A stretch of DNA of 64,000 nt from an uncultured Elusimicrobia bacterium (GTDB taxonomy: Bacteria; Elusimicrobiota; Elusimicrobia; UBA1565; UBA9628). Under the pieces are notes generated by a model, which was given only the letters and a program-made list of their open reading frames with translations, made no database searches and had not been told where the DNA came from. The DNA lies in NCBI GenBank assembly GCA_903881545.1, contig CAIRTQ010000036.1, positions 3,772 through 67,771 on the forward strand. The letters are read 5' to 3'. The translations under genes were made by a program, and so were the position numbers. Shown piece after piece: positions 1 to 9,697 of the stretch (position 1 is the first letter of the stretch; each line of letters starts with the position of its first letter).

Positions 1-448
1 TGGGGCACAGCCGCCGCCCCTTCTCATCCGGCGGCGCGTCGGTCTCGGTCCAGTAGGTCTCGTCCGAGACGCAGTAGTAGCCACGATAGCGGCCCTTGTA
101 GGCATCGCCAGACTCGATCAGCCGCGCGAAACATTCCTGCACCCGGCTCTCGTGGCGCGGCTCGGTGGTGCGGATGAAGTCGTCGTAGCGGATATCCAGG
201 TGGGACCACAGCTCGCGGAAGGCGGCGGAGTTGCGGTCCGCGAATTCCTTGACCCCCAGGCCGGCCTCGGCCGCCGCGTCCTCGATCTTGGAACCGTGCT
301 CGTCGGTGCCGGTCAGCAGGTGCACGGGCCGGCCGCTGGAGCGCCAGAAGCGCGCCAAAACATCGGCCGCCACCGTGGTGTAAGCGTGACCGATGTGGGG
401 CTGGGCATTGACATAATAGAGCGGAGTCGTCAGGTAGTATTTTTTCAT
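1..448 (-). CDS. metG: Methionyl-tRNA synthetase, N-terminal part (gene continues beyond window start)
   Basis: Reverse-strand translation from ATG at 448-446 gives MKKYYLTTPLYYVNAQPHIGHAYTT...GTDEHGSKI, with the class I HIGH motif. ATGA overlap with the holB stop. Not in the ORF track because it runs off the edge. Confidence 0.85.
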   Translation of the reverse strand, partial: MKKYYLTTPLYYVNAQPHIGHAYTTVAADVLARFWRSSGRPVHLLTGTDEHGSKIEDAAAEAGLGVKEFADRNSAAFRELWSHLDIRYDDFIRTTEPRHESRVQECFARLIESGDAYKGRYRGYYCVSDETYWTETDAPPDEKGRRLCP

Positions 449-1383
449 GAATTTGCCGCGGCTTGCTCGGCCGCCAGGCCGGCCAATGTCAGCACGACCT
501 TGGGATCCGCGTTGCAGCGCAGGGCTTGACGCAGGCGCAGAAGTTCGCGCAAGGGCCGCTCGACCTGAGCGAAGGTGCGCGCGCCGCGCAGGTGATTGAG
601 CCGGATGTCCTGAGACAAGGCGAACAGGGCGGCCTCTACCTCGGCGCGGGCCAAGTAGGCCTCGCGCGGCAAGCCGTCAGCGGCTTCGAAGGGGGCCAGC
701 GGGCCCTCCATGAGGGACTCGGGGTAATCCCCGGCGGCCAGCTCCAAGGCCCGCCCGGCCGAGCCCTCGCAGAGCTCCGCCGCGGCCGCGGCGCGACGCG
801 GCTCCACACCCCGCTCTTCTAAAATTGCGGCCACGACCACCGCGGGCAGGGGCGCGCAGGACACGCTGAAGCAGCGGGACAAGACGGTGCGCGGCAGGCG
901 CTCGCGCTGGGAGGTCGCCAGTATCCAGAGAGTCTGGGGGTTGGGCTCCTCGATGATCTTGAGCAGGGCGTTGGCCGATTCCGGCTCCAGAGTGTGCGCG
1001 TCCTCCACGACGGCGGCCTTCCAGCCGCCCGTCAGGGAGTGCATCTCCATGTCCCGGCGCAGGTGCCGGACAGTGTCCACGCGCAAGGTCTTCTGCTTGG
1101 CTGGCTCCTCCTCGCGCAATAAGGCTTGATACTGGGCGTTGACCAAGGCCAGGTCCGGGTGGATGCGCTTGTCCGCGGCCTGGCAATCATGGCATCGGCC
1201 GCAGGCGGGGCCCTGGCCGCGCTTCTGGCAGAACAGGACTTTGGCGAACTCGATGGCCAGCAAGGTCTTGCCCGTCCCTTCCAGGCCATAGAAAATCATG
1301 GCCGCGGGGATGCGGCCCGTCTCGAGCATGCCGGAGAGCACCTTGGCTGCCCGCTCCTGGGCCCTGACCGCGCCAAAGGTCAT
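445..1383 (-). CDS. holB: DNA polymerase III delta-prime subunit
   Basis: 312 aa. Walker-type GLEGTGKT motif and the CGRCHDC zinc module typical of HolB/clamp-loader subunits. Confidence 0.85.
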   Translation of the reverse strand: MTFGAVRAQERAAKVLSGMLETGRIPAAMIFYGLEGTGKTLLAIEFAKVLFCQKRGQGPACGRCHDCQAADKRIHPDLALVNAQYQALLREEEPAKQKTLRVDTVRHLRRDMEMHSLTGGWKAAVVEDAHTLEPESANALLKIIEEPNPQTLWILATSQRERLPRTVLSRCFSVSCAPLPAVVVAAILEERGVEPRRAAAAAELCEGSAGRALELAAGDYPESLMEGPLAPFEAADGLPREAYLARAEVEAALFALSQDIRLNHLRGARTFAQVERPLRELLRLRQALRCNADPKVVLTLAGLAAEQAAANS

Positions 1384-2000
1384 GGCCGCAGGCGCTCCAC
1401 GAGCCGCGCGATCTCTTGGTGGACCTGCGCTAGGCCCTGGCTGCCGTCAAGCAGGACGCAGCGCGGCTCCTTGCGGGCCAGGCGCCGGTAGCCCTCGCGC
1501 ACCAGCCGACGGAAGCGTCGGGGCTCGCGCTCCAGACGGTCCAGCTTGCGGGAGCGGTCGCGGCCCGCGAACTCGGATTCCGGGATGTCGAGCACCACCG
1601 TCAAGTCCGGCCGCAAGCCGCCAGTGGCGATGCGATCCAGGGTGCGAACCATGGGCAGGGGCAGTCGCCGCGCATAGCCCTGGTAAGCCAAGGTGGCCAG
1701 GCTGTAGCGTTCGCAGAGCACCCAAGTTCCGCGTTGCAGGGCCGGCAGGATCTTCTCGCGCGTGTGCTGGGCGCGCGAGGCCTCATAAAGGAAAAGCTCA
1801 GCCAGGGGATCCACCGGGAACTTGCAGTCAAGCAGGACGCCGCGGATGGCTTCGGCCAGCCTGGTCCCACCCGGCTCGCGGGTATGCAAGAAGGAGATTC
1901 CCAGCCGGCGCAGGAGCCGGACCAGGAGTCCCGCCTGCGTGGATTTGCCGCACTTGTCGGGGCCCTCCAGGACGACGAAGCGCCCCCGACGTTTATTCAC
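1380..2000 (-). CDS. tmk: Thymidylate kinase
   Basis: 206 aa starting MNKRRGRFVVLEGPDKCGKST (P-loop) with GTG start. 4-nt overlap with holB. Confidence 0.9.
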   Translation of the reverse strand: MNKRRGRFVVLEGPDKCGKSTQAGLLVRLLRRLGISFLHTREPGGTRLAEAIRGVLLDCKFPVDPLAELFLYEASRAQHTREKILPALQRGTWVLCERYSLATLAYQGYARRLPLPMVRTLDRIATGGLRPDLTVVLDIPESEFAGRDRSRKLDRLEREPRRFRRLVREGYRRLARKEPRCVLLDGSQGLAQVHQEIARLVERLRP

Positions 2001-2099
2001 AACGAGATTTTAGCAAAACTCGGCTCTCGGCCGCTGACGCGGTCTGTGCACGACGGCAACGCATTTCCTGATGCCGTCGGCACCTGAGCGCTAACGCGC

Positions 2100-4628
2100 T
2101 CAGGAGCATTCGGAGAACCCGCAGTCGTGGCAGGTCGGGCCAGAGCAACCCGATTCATAGGAGACGTTGGAGGAGTAGCACTTCGGGCAGTACTCGGCCT
2201 TGGGCAAAGCCAGGAATTCAAGCTGGTTCTTACGCGCCGCGTCCTCGCCCTCAGTAAGCCAGCCGGTCTTCTTCAGGTGCTGGCGCAAAGCAACCGAGAT
2301 GGCGTGGGCCACCGAGTTGATGCGGTTCTCCCCGAAGCCGATGGGCTTGTCGCCCTTGACCGAGTTCAAATGCTTGAGCACCTTGAGCGGGTCGCCCCCT
2401 TCCGCGAAATACTTGGACAGGAGTATGCCCACCAAGGAGGTCAAGGCAGATATCTCCGTGCCCAAGGGCGGGATGTTCGCGAAGACCTGGTAAGGGCCCC
2501 TTTCGTCGTAGTTGATATGGATGTGCAGAGGGCCGTAGCCGGTCTTGATCTGATAGTACTCGGAGGAGGCGCCGAAGGCGGTCTCCGGGTCGCGGCGTCG
2601 GGACTTGGTCGGCGCCGAGGCCAGGTTCAAAACCTGCTGCGCCTTGGATCCGTCGCGATAGATGGTAATGCCCTTGCAGCCCGCTTCGTAGGCCAAGGTG
2701 TAGGCGTTGCGCACATCGCCTACCGTGGCGCCGGCGGGCAGGTTGATGGTCTTGGAGACCCCGTTGTCCGTGTGCTTCTGGAAAGCCGCCTGGATCTGCA
2801 CATGGAAGTCCACGGAGACATCGTGGGCGGTCGGAAAGAGGCGCTGGATCTCGGCCGGAATCTCCGCGATGCCGCGCACCGCCTTGTGGTTCTCGCTGAT
2901 GCGGTTCCAAAGGTCCTTCTCCTTAAGGCCGAAGAAGCCGCGCTGGCGCGCCACCTCCTTGAACAGGGAGTTGACCTCGAAGAACACATCCTTCTCCTCC
3001 GGGGCCTCGCCCTTCTTGACGGCTTCCAGGGCCTTGGCGTTGTAGCGCGTGTAGGCGATGGCGAAGAAAGGCTCGATACCGCTGCCCTGCAGGCCCGCGG
3101 CGATGGCGATAGTGCCGGTAGGCGCAATGGTGGTGCGGGCGCAATGGCGCGGCGTGCGCCTCTCGCCCCGGAAGTGGACCGAGTCCGGGTCGTAGACGGA
3201 GTCCCGCCAATTGGGGAAGACGCCCCGCGACCGGGCCAAGGTTTCAGACGCCGCCAGGGCGGTGTCGTTGATGTAGCGCATGAGCTTGGTCGCAAACTCC
3301 AGAGAGGCCGGAGAGTCGAAGGGAATGCCCAGCTTCACGAGGGCCTCGGCGAAGCCCATCACGCCCAGGCCCACGCGGCGGTTGCTCTTGGCCATGCGCT
3401 CGATCTCGGGCATGGGGTAATTGTTGACTTCGATGACATCATCGAGGAAGCGCAGCGCCAGCTCCACCGCGACGGCCAGGCGCTTATAGTTAAAAGTGCC
3501 GGACATGACCTCGCCGTCGACGAAATTGGCGAGGTTCAAGGACCCCAGGTTGCAGGGCTCCCAAGGCAAAAGCGGCTGCTCGCCGCAGGGGTTGGTGGCC
3601 TCGATCTGGCCCACGGCGGGAGTGGGGTTGGAGCCGGATTCGTTAATACGGTCGAGCACGATGAAGCCCGGGTCGCCGGACTTCCAGGCGCAGTCCACCA
3701 TCAGGTCGAAGACCTCCTTGGCGCGCATCCGGCCCGCCTTCTCTTGGGTGCGCGGATTGATGAGGTCATACTCAGCGTCCGCGGCCACGGCCTTCATGAA
3801 CTTCGCGTCCACGGCGACAGAAACATTGAAGTTCTCCATCACCGCGGACTGGGACTTCATCGTGATGAACTCCCGGATCTCGGGGTGGGTGTAATGCAGG
3901 ATGCCCATGTTGGCGCCCCGGCGCGCGCCGCCCTGCTTGACCACCTCGGTCAGCTTGTCGAACAGCTGCATGAAGGAGATGGCGCCCGAGGCCACCCCTT
4001 GGGTCTTCTTGACGATGTCCCCCTTGGGCCGCAGCCGGCTGAAGGAGAAGCCCGTCCCGCCGCCGGATTTCTGAATCAGCGACTGCGCGGAGAGCGCCTT
4101 GGTGATGGCCTCCATGGAATCAGGCACGGGCAGCACATAGCAGGCGGAAAGCTGCTGGAGCTCCCGCCCCGCGTTCATCAAGGTCGGGGAATTGGGAAGG
4201 AAATCCCAGCGCGCGAGCATATCGTAGTAGCGGTCGCGCCAGAGGTCGGCCAGCTTGCGCGCCTCCGGGACCGCGGCATAGGCGGCTTCCAGGTTCTTGA
4301 ACAGCCGGCAGAAATTCGCCTCCCGCTGGCCGAGCTCGGCCAAGCCCTCATGGAACAGGACCATGCGCGCGGGCCGGGCCCCGGCCGGCGCGCCCACAGA
4401 AGCGGCGGAGCTGCGCACGCCCGCGAAGACGCCCCAGCCCTCGGCGTCGGGGTGCAGCAGGATCTCGGCCAGGGAGATATTATGTGCTACCCCGTCGAGC
4501 CACGCCTCCAAGGAAGGGGCGTCACGCAGGTACTTATCCTTGATAACCTTGTATTGGTTCTCGCCGATCTCCATCCTGGGGTGCTTGCGCGGGGCGTAGT
4601 GGGCATCGGGCGCGGGCTTGTTCTTCAA
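2100..4628 (-). CDS. nrdJ: Adenosylcobalamin-dependent (class II) ribonucleotide reductase with C-terminal Cys-rich zinc ribbon
   Basis: 842 aa. Active-site NPCGEQPL..EPCNLGS motif. C-terminal CPKC...CHDC cysteines. TTG start at 4628. Confidence 0.9.
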   Translation of the reverse strand: MKNKPAPDAHYAPRKHPRMEIGENQYKVIKDKYLRDAPSLEAWLDGVAHNISLAEILLHPDAEGWGVFAGVRSSAASVGAPAGARPARMVLFHEGLAELGQREANFCRLFKNLEAAYAAVPEARKLADLWRDRYYDMLARWDFLPNSPTLMNAGRELQQLSACYVLPVPDSMEAITKALSAQSLIQKSGGGTGFSFSRLRPKGDIVKKTQGVASGAISFMQLFDKLTEVVKQGGARRGANMGILHYTHPEIREFITMKSQSAVMENFNVSVAVDAKFMKAVAADAEYDLINPRTQEKAGRMRAKEVFDLMVDCAWKSGDPGFIVLDRINESGSNPTPAVGQIEATNPCGEQPLLPWEPCNLGSLNLANFVDGEVMSGTFNYKRLAVAVELALRFLDDVIEVNNYPMPEIERMAKSNRRVGLGVMGFAEALVKLGIPFDSPASLEFATKLMRYINDTALAASETLARSRGVFPNWRDSVYDPDSVHFRGERRTPRHCARTTIAPTGTIAIAAGLQGSGIEPFFAIAYTRYNAKALEAVKKGEAPEEKDVFFEVNSLFKEVARQRGFFGLKEKDLWNRISENHKAVRGIAEIPAEIQRLFPTAHDVSVDFHVQIQAAFQKHTDNGVSKTINLPAGATVGDVRNAYTLAYEAGCKGITIYRDGSKAQQVLNLASAPTKSRRRDPETAFGASSEYYQIKTGYGPLHIHINYDERGPYQVFANIPPLGTEISALTSLVGILLSKYFAEGGDPLKVLKHLNSVKGDKPIGFGENRINSVAHAISVALRQHLKKTGWLTEGEDAARKNQLEFLALPKAEYCPKCYSSNVSYESGCSGPTCHDCGFSECS

Positions 4629-4672
4629 CGCGGTCCCTCCTTGCGGCGCAATCGCACATTGACGGCGACTTC

Positions 4673-4701
4673 ACTTTAACATGCCGGCCCCAGGATGTCA
4701 A
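4673..4701 (-). promoter_or_regulatory. Sigma70-like promoter of nrdJ (TTGACA-17 bp-TAAAGT)
   Basis: Reverse complement reads TTGACAtcctggggccggcatgtTAAAGT, about 45 nt upstream of the start. GGAGGG RBS lies 6 nt before the TTG. Confidence 0.5.
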
Positions 4702-4744
4702 ATCCTCCGGCGAAGACGCACCATGTCCCTTAGGACTCTGGAAT

Positions 4745-5962
4745 ATGATTTGCCATAATACCCTGCGCGCAAGACCGCGACAAGAATTTGGAGCTGATGC
4801 CTTCCCCGTGAAGATTCTCATCCTGACCTGGAAAGACCCCGGCGATCCGGAGGCCGGGGGCAATGAGGTGACCCTGCTGGAGCTTGCCCGCCGGCTGGCG
4901 GGCCAGGGCCACTCCGTCACCTGGCTCACGCGCCGCTTCCCGGGGGTTTCTTGCGAAGAGCGCCGGCAGGGGATCCGGTTCGTCAGGATCGGAGGCAAAT
5001 GGACGGTCTATTTCCAGGCTTATCGGTTCTATCGCCGACTTCAGGACAAGCCAGACGTCGTGGTAGACGTCATCAATGTCGCGGGCTGGCTCACGCCGCT
5101 CTACGTGCGGGAACCGATACTGGTGTGGGCCAATCAAATCGTGGACCAGGTCTTCTTCTGCCAATGGCCGTTCCTGCTGGCGCATCTAGGCCGGTACTGT
5201 GAGCGCTTCCAGTATCGCTGGTATAGGGATGTGCCGATGCTCTGCTATTCTCCGAGCGTGCGGAAGGATTTGGAGGATGTCGGCATCCCCGGCGGCAACA
5301 TCCTTCCGATCCCGCTGGGAGTCGACCACCAACGTTACTGGCCAGGAGCCAAATCTGGCACGCCTTTATTCGTCTGCGTGTCACGCTTGGCCAATTGGAA
5401 GCGCATCGACGCCTGCATCCGCGCCATGCCGGAGGTCTGCCGGAAGCATCCTACGGCCAAGCTGGTGGTCGTTGGGAAAGGCCCGGCAGGGGCGCGCCTG
5501 AAGCGGCTTGTTGCGCAATTGCGCTTGGCGGGGAGGATCGAGTTTGAGGATCAGAATGTTTTTTTCTACGAACCCTGTCCTGCCGACAGGAAGATACCCC
5601 TTCTGCAACAAAGCTGGGCCTTGCTGCAGATGTCTATCAAGGAAGGATGGGGCCTGACCATTTCCGAAGCCAACGCCTGCGGGACTCTGGCGATCGTCTC
5701 GGGGGCGCCGGGCTTGCGTGACAATGTGCGCCACATGCATACCGGCTTGGTCCTGGCGGAGCATCCGACGACTGAGGAGATCGCCCGGGCCATGTGTCTT
5801 ATCATCGAGAATCCCGCTCTGCGCGCGGAACTGGAAGGCCACGCCGTGCAAAGCGCCTCGCGGCTGGATTGGCGGCGTTCGGCTGAAACCTTGGAATCGT
5901 ATCTTTTCAGGGTGGCGCCCAGGGCGCGGCCCAATCTGGGCGCCGTGCCACGAAACCCATGA
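4745..5962 (+). CDS. Glycosyltransferase family 4 (group 1 GT)
   Basis: 405 aa with a GT-B/GT4-like C-terminal half (EGWGLTISEANACGT..). True start may be the in-frame GTG near 4808 (VKILILTW..). Confidence 0.8.
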   Translation: MICHNTLRARPRQEFGADAFPVKILILTWKDPGDPEAGGNEVTLLELARRLAGQGHSVTWLTRRFPGVSCEERRQGIRFVRIGGKWTVYFQAYRFYRRLQDKPDVVVDVINVAGWLTPLYVREPILVWANQIVDQVFFCQWPFLLAHLGRYCERFQYRWYRDVPMLCYSPSVRKDLEDVGIPGGNILPIPLGVDHQRYWPGAKSGTPLFVCVSRLANWKRIDACIRAMPEVCRKHPTAKLVVVGKGPAGARLKRLVAQLRLAGRIEFEDQNVFFYEPCPADRKIPLLQQSWALLQMSIKEGWGLTISEANACGTLAIVSGAPGLRDNVRHMHTGLVLAEHPTTEEIARAMCLIIENPALRAELEGHAVQSASRLDWRRSAETLESYLFRVAPRARPNLGAVPRNP

Positions 5963-7928
5963 GACGCCCGTTGAAAGAGGCGCTCTTGCCGCCCTCGCGA
6001 AGCGCCGAAATCTTGCGGCCTTGGGCGGCTTGGCACTGCTTTATGCCGTCATAAATTATATTTGGTTGCGCGGCGACGCCCCTATCCCGCTAGCCAGGGA
6101 CGCACTTTACGCCACCTACATGCTGCCCTATGTCCCATTTCTCAAAAAGTTATCCTGGTCGCTTCATGATTTGAACGCCGCGGCAGACATCGCCGCATTG
6201 TGGCGATGCGAACAACTCCATAGCCCGTATGGCCTCACATATAGTCTGCCGGCCGCGGCGGTCATGGCGCTTTCCAATAATTCTCTGCTGAAGACCGTGC
6301 TCTTCATGAACATCCCGTTCTTCATCCTCTTGCTGGCATCCGTCTATCTGCTGGGCCGGCGCATCGCCGGAAGCAATGCCGGCCTGGCTTCCGCCGTCCT
6401 GCTGGCGCTCTACCCTGCTGTCTTTGGGACCTCGCGGATGTATTGCCCGGATTTTGCGAGCATGGCGATCACCACGTTGAGCATATTGATGCTGCTCCAA
6501 TGCGAGGATTTCACCAAGACCGGATATTCCGTCCTGTACGGGGCGGCGGCGGCTTGGGGGATGCTGACCAAGACCGAGTCCGTAGCGTTCCTTGCGGGCC
6601 CCACGATTTTCATCGTTTCAAAGGCGCTGTATCCCTGGCTCCGGGAGCGGTCGCTGGCCGGCCGCTGGCGGCAGCCATGCAACATCCTGCTGGGCTTGGC
6701 GGCCTGGTACTTCCTGGCTGGCGGGCGCATGGAGCAGTTACTGGGCAAGATCGGCGGCCTGGCCGGAGAAGTCGCACCGCCCGGGATAAATTTCACAACA
6801 TACACGCTGGAACTATCCGAATGCATGTTAGGCGGCTTCTTCTCCCTGGCCTTCCTCTGGGGAGCGGCTGTTTTCTTCCGCAGAGCCGCAATCCCCAGGG
6901 ATACCAAGATCGTATGCGCTCTGTGGCTGCTCTTGCCCTGGTCCATCCTCGTGATGGCGCCCCATCGCGGGACGCACCTCTATGCTTTGATGTACCTGCC
7001 GGACATCGCACTGATGTCCGCGATAGGAATCGCGGGGCTTAGGCCGAACCTCCGGCGCGTCATGATGTCGGCCCTCCTTGCGGTCGGAGCGGTCCAATAT
7101 TACGACTTTTCCTTTACCGGAGGCCCGCATCTGGACCGGTTGCATTGGGATGGGCGCCCCGGGTGGGGCCCAAGTCTGCGCTATTTCCGAACGCACAATG
7201 ACCTCTGCCGCAGAATGGGCTCCGCCACCCAAGCATTCAGGGTTCTCGAAGCCATCGGGTCTTCGGTCGAAAAGAGAATGGCGGAATATCCAGGCCGGAT
7301 GGTATTGGTATGGGCCGCAAACCGTGAGCTTAACAACAAATATGGTCAGCCCCGTTGGAGCGTGCTCGAGGGATTCCGGCAGGCGCCGGGGTTCCTGGCG
7401 TCCCGAGATACTCCGCTCATTTTTGAGCCGCAGATCGTCTACCTCATGTCCGTGGTGGACTTCATGCTGGTCAGCGGGCGCAGCACGGATCCGGACCTCG
7501 CCAGCGCTTCGTGGTTCGATAAGAACCTGCTCCCGGAGAACATGGCGGATACCCCCCCTGAAGCGCGGGAATTCATTAAAAAATATGTCGCCGAGCTAGG
7601 CGGGTTCGATAAGCTGGGACCGCGCCACGTGGCTTCAATGAAACAGTACCACTGCGCCAGACTTTATGAGAACGACGATGATTATGTCGCTTTCTGTCAA
7701 AGACCCCCGGGACCTGTAGGCCGAGAGGAGCGGTCCCTTCTAAGCCGATTACCTATCGAACATTACATCGCGGAGTCCTATTTGGATCTGGCGCATCGTT
7801 ACGAAGAGCAATCCCGATGGATCAAAGCCGAGCAGGCTTATTTGCAAGCCCTGCGCATCGACCCCAAAGCGGTTTATATCCATTCTGATCTAGCCCGCCT
7901 CAACGAAAGGCGGGGCCATAGAGGATAG
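5958..7928 (+). CDS. Polytopic membrane glycosyltransferase (PMT/ArnT-like, GT39/GT83-type) with C-terminal TPR region; 5' end ambiguous or frameshifted
   Basis: About 10 TM helices, then a soluble domain ending in a TPR-like stretch (AEQAYLQALRIDP). Main frame has no ATG after the upstream stop. ATG at 5958 (ATGA overlap with the GT4 stop) is in the +1 frame for only about 12 codons. Confidence 0.6.
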   Translation, partial: HETPVERGALAALAKRRNLAALGGLALLYAVINYIWLRGDAPIPLARDALYATYMLPYVPFLKKLSWSLHDLNAAADIAALWRCEQLHSPYGLTYSLPAAAVMALSNNSLLKTVLFMNIPFFILLLASVYLLGRRIAGSNAGLASAVLLALYPAVFGTSRMYCPDFASMAITTLSILMLLQCEDFTKTGYSVLYGAAAAWGMLTKTESVAFLAGPTIFIVSKALYPWLRERSLAGRWRQPCNILLGLAAWYFLAGGRMEQLLGKIGGLAGEVAPPGINFTTYTLELSECMLGGFFSLAFLWGAAVFFRRAAIPRDTKIVCALWLLLPWSILVMAPHRGTHLYALMYLPDIALMSAIGIAGLRPNLRRVMMSALLAVGAVQYYDFSFTGGPHLDRLHWDGRPGWGPSLRYFRTHNDLCRRMGSATQAFRVLEAIGSSVEKRMAEYPGRMVLVWAANRELNNKYGQPRWSVLEGFRQAPGFLASRDTPLIFEPQIVYLMSVVDFMLVSGRSTDPDLASASWFDKNLLPENMADTPPEAREFIKKYVAELGGFDKLGPRHVASMKQYHCARLYENDDDYVAFCQRPPGPVGREERSLLSRLPIEHYIAESYLDLAHRYEEQSRWIKAEQAYLQALRIDPKAVYIHSDLARLNERRGHRG

Positions 7929-7936
7929 GGCCACCC

Positions 7937-8911
7937 TCAGGGCTTGAACCAATCTGCGAGTCTCATTACAAATCCTATAAGCACATCCGCAGCCAGCACT
8001 TCAGCGGATAGGACGAGCCGTTGCCATACCGACCATAGCGGGTGGCAGAGTCGGATGGGGCCGTCCAAATGAGACCAATACGCGATGTCCGCCCTCATCG
8101 GAAGCCGGTCTCCAGGCTTCGGCCATCGCGCCTCGTGCCAAGGCTTGGGATATCCGACACCGTGCATCATAAGCGTGGCACGGTACGGACGAAATCCCAT
8201 GCCTTCCTTGCCGAGCAGGATCATCGGATGCGGCGTGCTTTCCAAAGCGACGTTGAGCGCACATTGGTCTGGGAAGCAAAACGGAGATTTCCCATCCAAA
8301 CTGGGCCGGCTTTGCAGGCCGCCCAGCGCCGGAGCCAATAGCTCCTGTAGACGCTTCCATAGGCGCAGGAAGTCGATATGTCCCTTCGCGAACCCAATGA
8401 AGCCGGAGTTGACGTAGATGTCGTGGCGAGGATGGTACGGGAATCCTTGGGCGCCGAAATACTCCGTCCAGGTCTGGCGCCACGGGTGGTCCTTGGGTAT
8501 CGGGGAGGCGATATCCTCGCACAAAGCCAAGCCTTGCTGAACCCAATCTTCAAAGAGTTGCCACTGGGCACAGACGGTGATATCGGCGTCGAAATAGAAG
8601 ATGCGATCGGCCTCGATGGCGTGTTCTTCCCATAGGCTCAGGAGGAAATTCGGCTTATAATTGAAGAAAGAGGCAGTGGTGTCGCAAGTAACGAAGCGTA
8701 TCACACAGCCCGGCGCTACCGTAAAATCTTCATAGCGTCCCGCCGGCTTGCTTCCTTTTGCCCACCGGGGGATATCGCCTCGGCCTCCAGCCCAGATGGT
8801 GCCTCGGAATCCCGCGGCGTAGAGAGAGTTGGCGAGAGCCGCCAAGCCATGGTGAAAATCGCCCTCAAAGAGAGTACAGACGGCCGAATGATGGTCACTC
8901 TCCGGGCGCAT
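7937..8911 (-). CDS. Hypothetical nucleotide-diphospho-sugar (GT-A fold) transferase-like protein
   Basis: 324 aa with a DxD-like FYFDADIT motif. No close family recognised. Lies in the glycosylation cluster. Confidence 0.45.
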   Translation of the reverse strand: MRPESDHHSAVCTLFEGDFHHGLAALANSLYAAGFRGTIWAGGRGDIPRWAKGSKPAGRYEDFTVAPGCVIRFVTCDTTASFFNYKPNFLLSLWEEHAIEADRIFYFDADITVCAQWQLFEDWVQQGLALCEDIASPIPKDHPWRQTWTEYFGAQGFPYHPRHDIYVNSGFIGFAKGHIDFLRLWKRLQELLAPALGGLQSRPSLDGKSPFCFPDQCALNVALESTPHPMILLGKEGMGFRPYRATLMMHGVGYPKPWHEARWPKPGDRLPMRADIAYWSHLDGPIRLCHPLWSVWQRLVLSAEVLAADVLIGFVMRLADWFKP

Positions 8912-9683
8912 TGCTGCGTCCCATTATAGATTTTCCAGGCGGCTCCCCGAAAGCGTCATAACGCCCGCGCCAGAGATTCCATCGCAATCGCGCGAGCTCC
9001 GCCAAGGTGACGAACCAGTCCTTTCTCAGACAGAGCCGGCTCTCCTTACGGTCCGTCCAACGGATGGGAAGCTCTTTTGTCCGCAACCCCTGTCTTTGCG
9101 CGATGGTCAGGAGTTCCACGTCAAAGACCCAGCGTGAAAGACGACATCGTGACAGGAATGCCTGGCGAGCCCGCTGGTTGAAGCATTTGAAGCCGCACGC
9201 GGCATCGCTGATGCCGTCCAAATAGAACCTACGGATGAACCAATGATAGGCCCTTCCCAGGATACGGCGCAGCGGCGGCTGCCGCAAGCTGATTACGGCC
9301 CCCGGCAGGCGGCGCGATCCAAAAATGACGTCATGCGATTCGAGATAAGGCTCGAAGGCGGCGAATTCGCTCACGGGTGTCGCCGAATCCGCATCCAAAT
9401 AGAGGCACCATTGCCCGCGGGCCGCGCGCAGCCCTTCCAGGACAGCGCGGCCTTTTCCAAAATTCCTGGCCAGCCGCAGGACCCGCAAGGCGGGCAGAAT
9501 GGACTCCAGCTCTCCGGCTGCGGAAGCGGTGCGGTCCTGACTGCCATCGTCGACCAACAGTATCTCGAATTCGCGGCCCTTTCCTGAAAAATACTCCGAG
9601 ACGGTTCGCAGAGTCGCACAGATGATCTCCTCTTCATTGTAGGCGGGTATGATGATTGATAGATGCATACGAGATCGTGACAT
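8895..9683 (-). CDS. Glycosyltransferase family 2 (dolichyl-phosphate sugar transferase-like)
   Basis: MSRSRMHLSIIIPAYNEEE...LLVDDGSQD...YLDADSA motifs. The ORF-track N-terminal 100 aa extension is rejected as GC-rich read-through. Confidence 0.85.
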   Translation of the reverse strand: MSRSRMHLSIIIPAYNEEEIICATLRTVSEYFSGKGREFEILLVDDGSQDRTASAAGELESILPALRVLRLARNFGKGRAVLEGLRAARGQWCLYLDADSATPVSEFAAFEPYLESHDVIFGSRRLPGAVISLRQPPLRRILGRAYHWFIRRFYLDGISDAACGFKCFNQRARQAFLSRCRLSRWVFDVELLTIAQRQGLRTKELPIRWTDRKESRLCLRKDWFVTLAELARLRWNLWRGRYDAFGEPPGKSIMGRSNAPGE

Positions 9684-9697
9684 AGGGCAGCGAGATT

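Noticed and set aside
2127-4679. 850-aa plus-strand ORF
   Set aside because: Antisense shadow of nrdJ in GC-rich DNA. No domain signatures, Arg/Gly/Ala-rich.
4629-4744. Possible cobalamin riboswitch or NrdR box upstream of nrdJ
   Set aside because: No B12-box consensus and no NrdR-type 16-bp palindromes. Only a plain sigma70-like promoter is visible.
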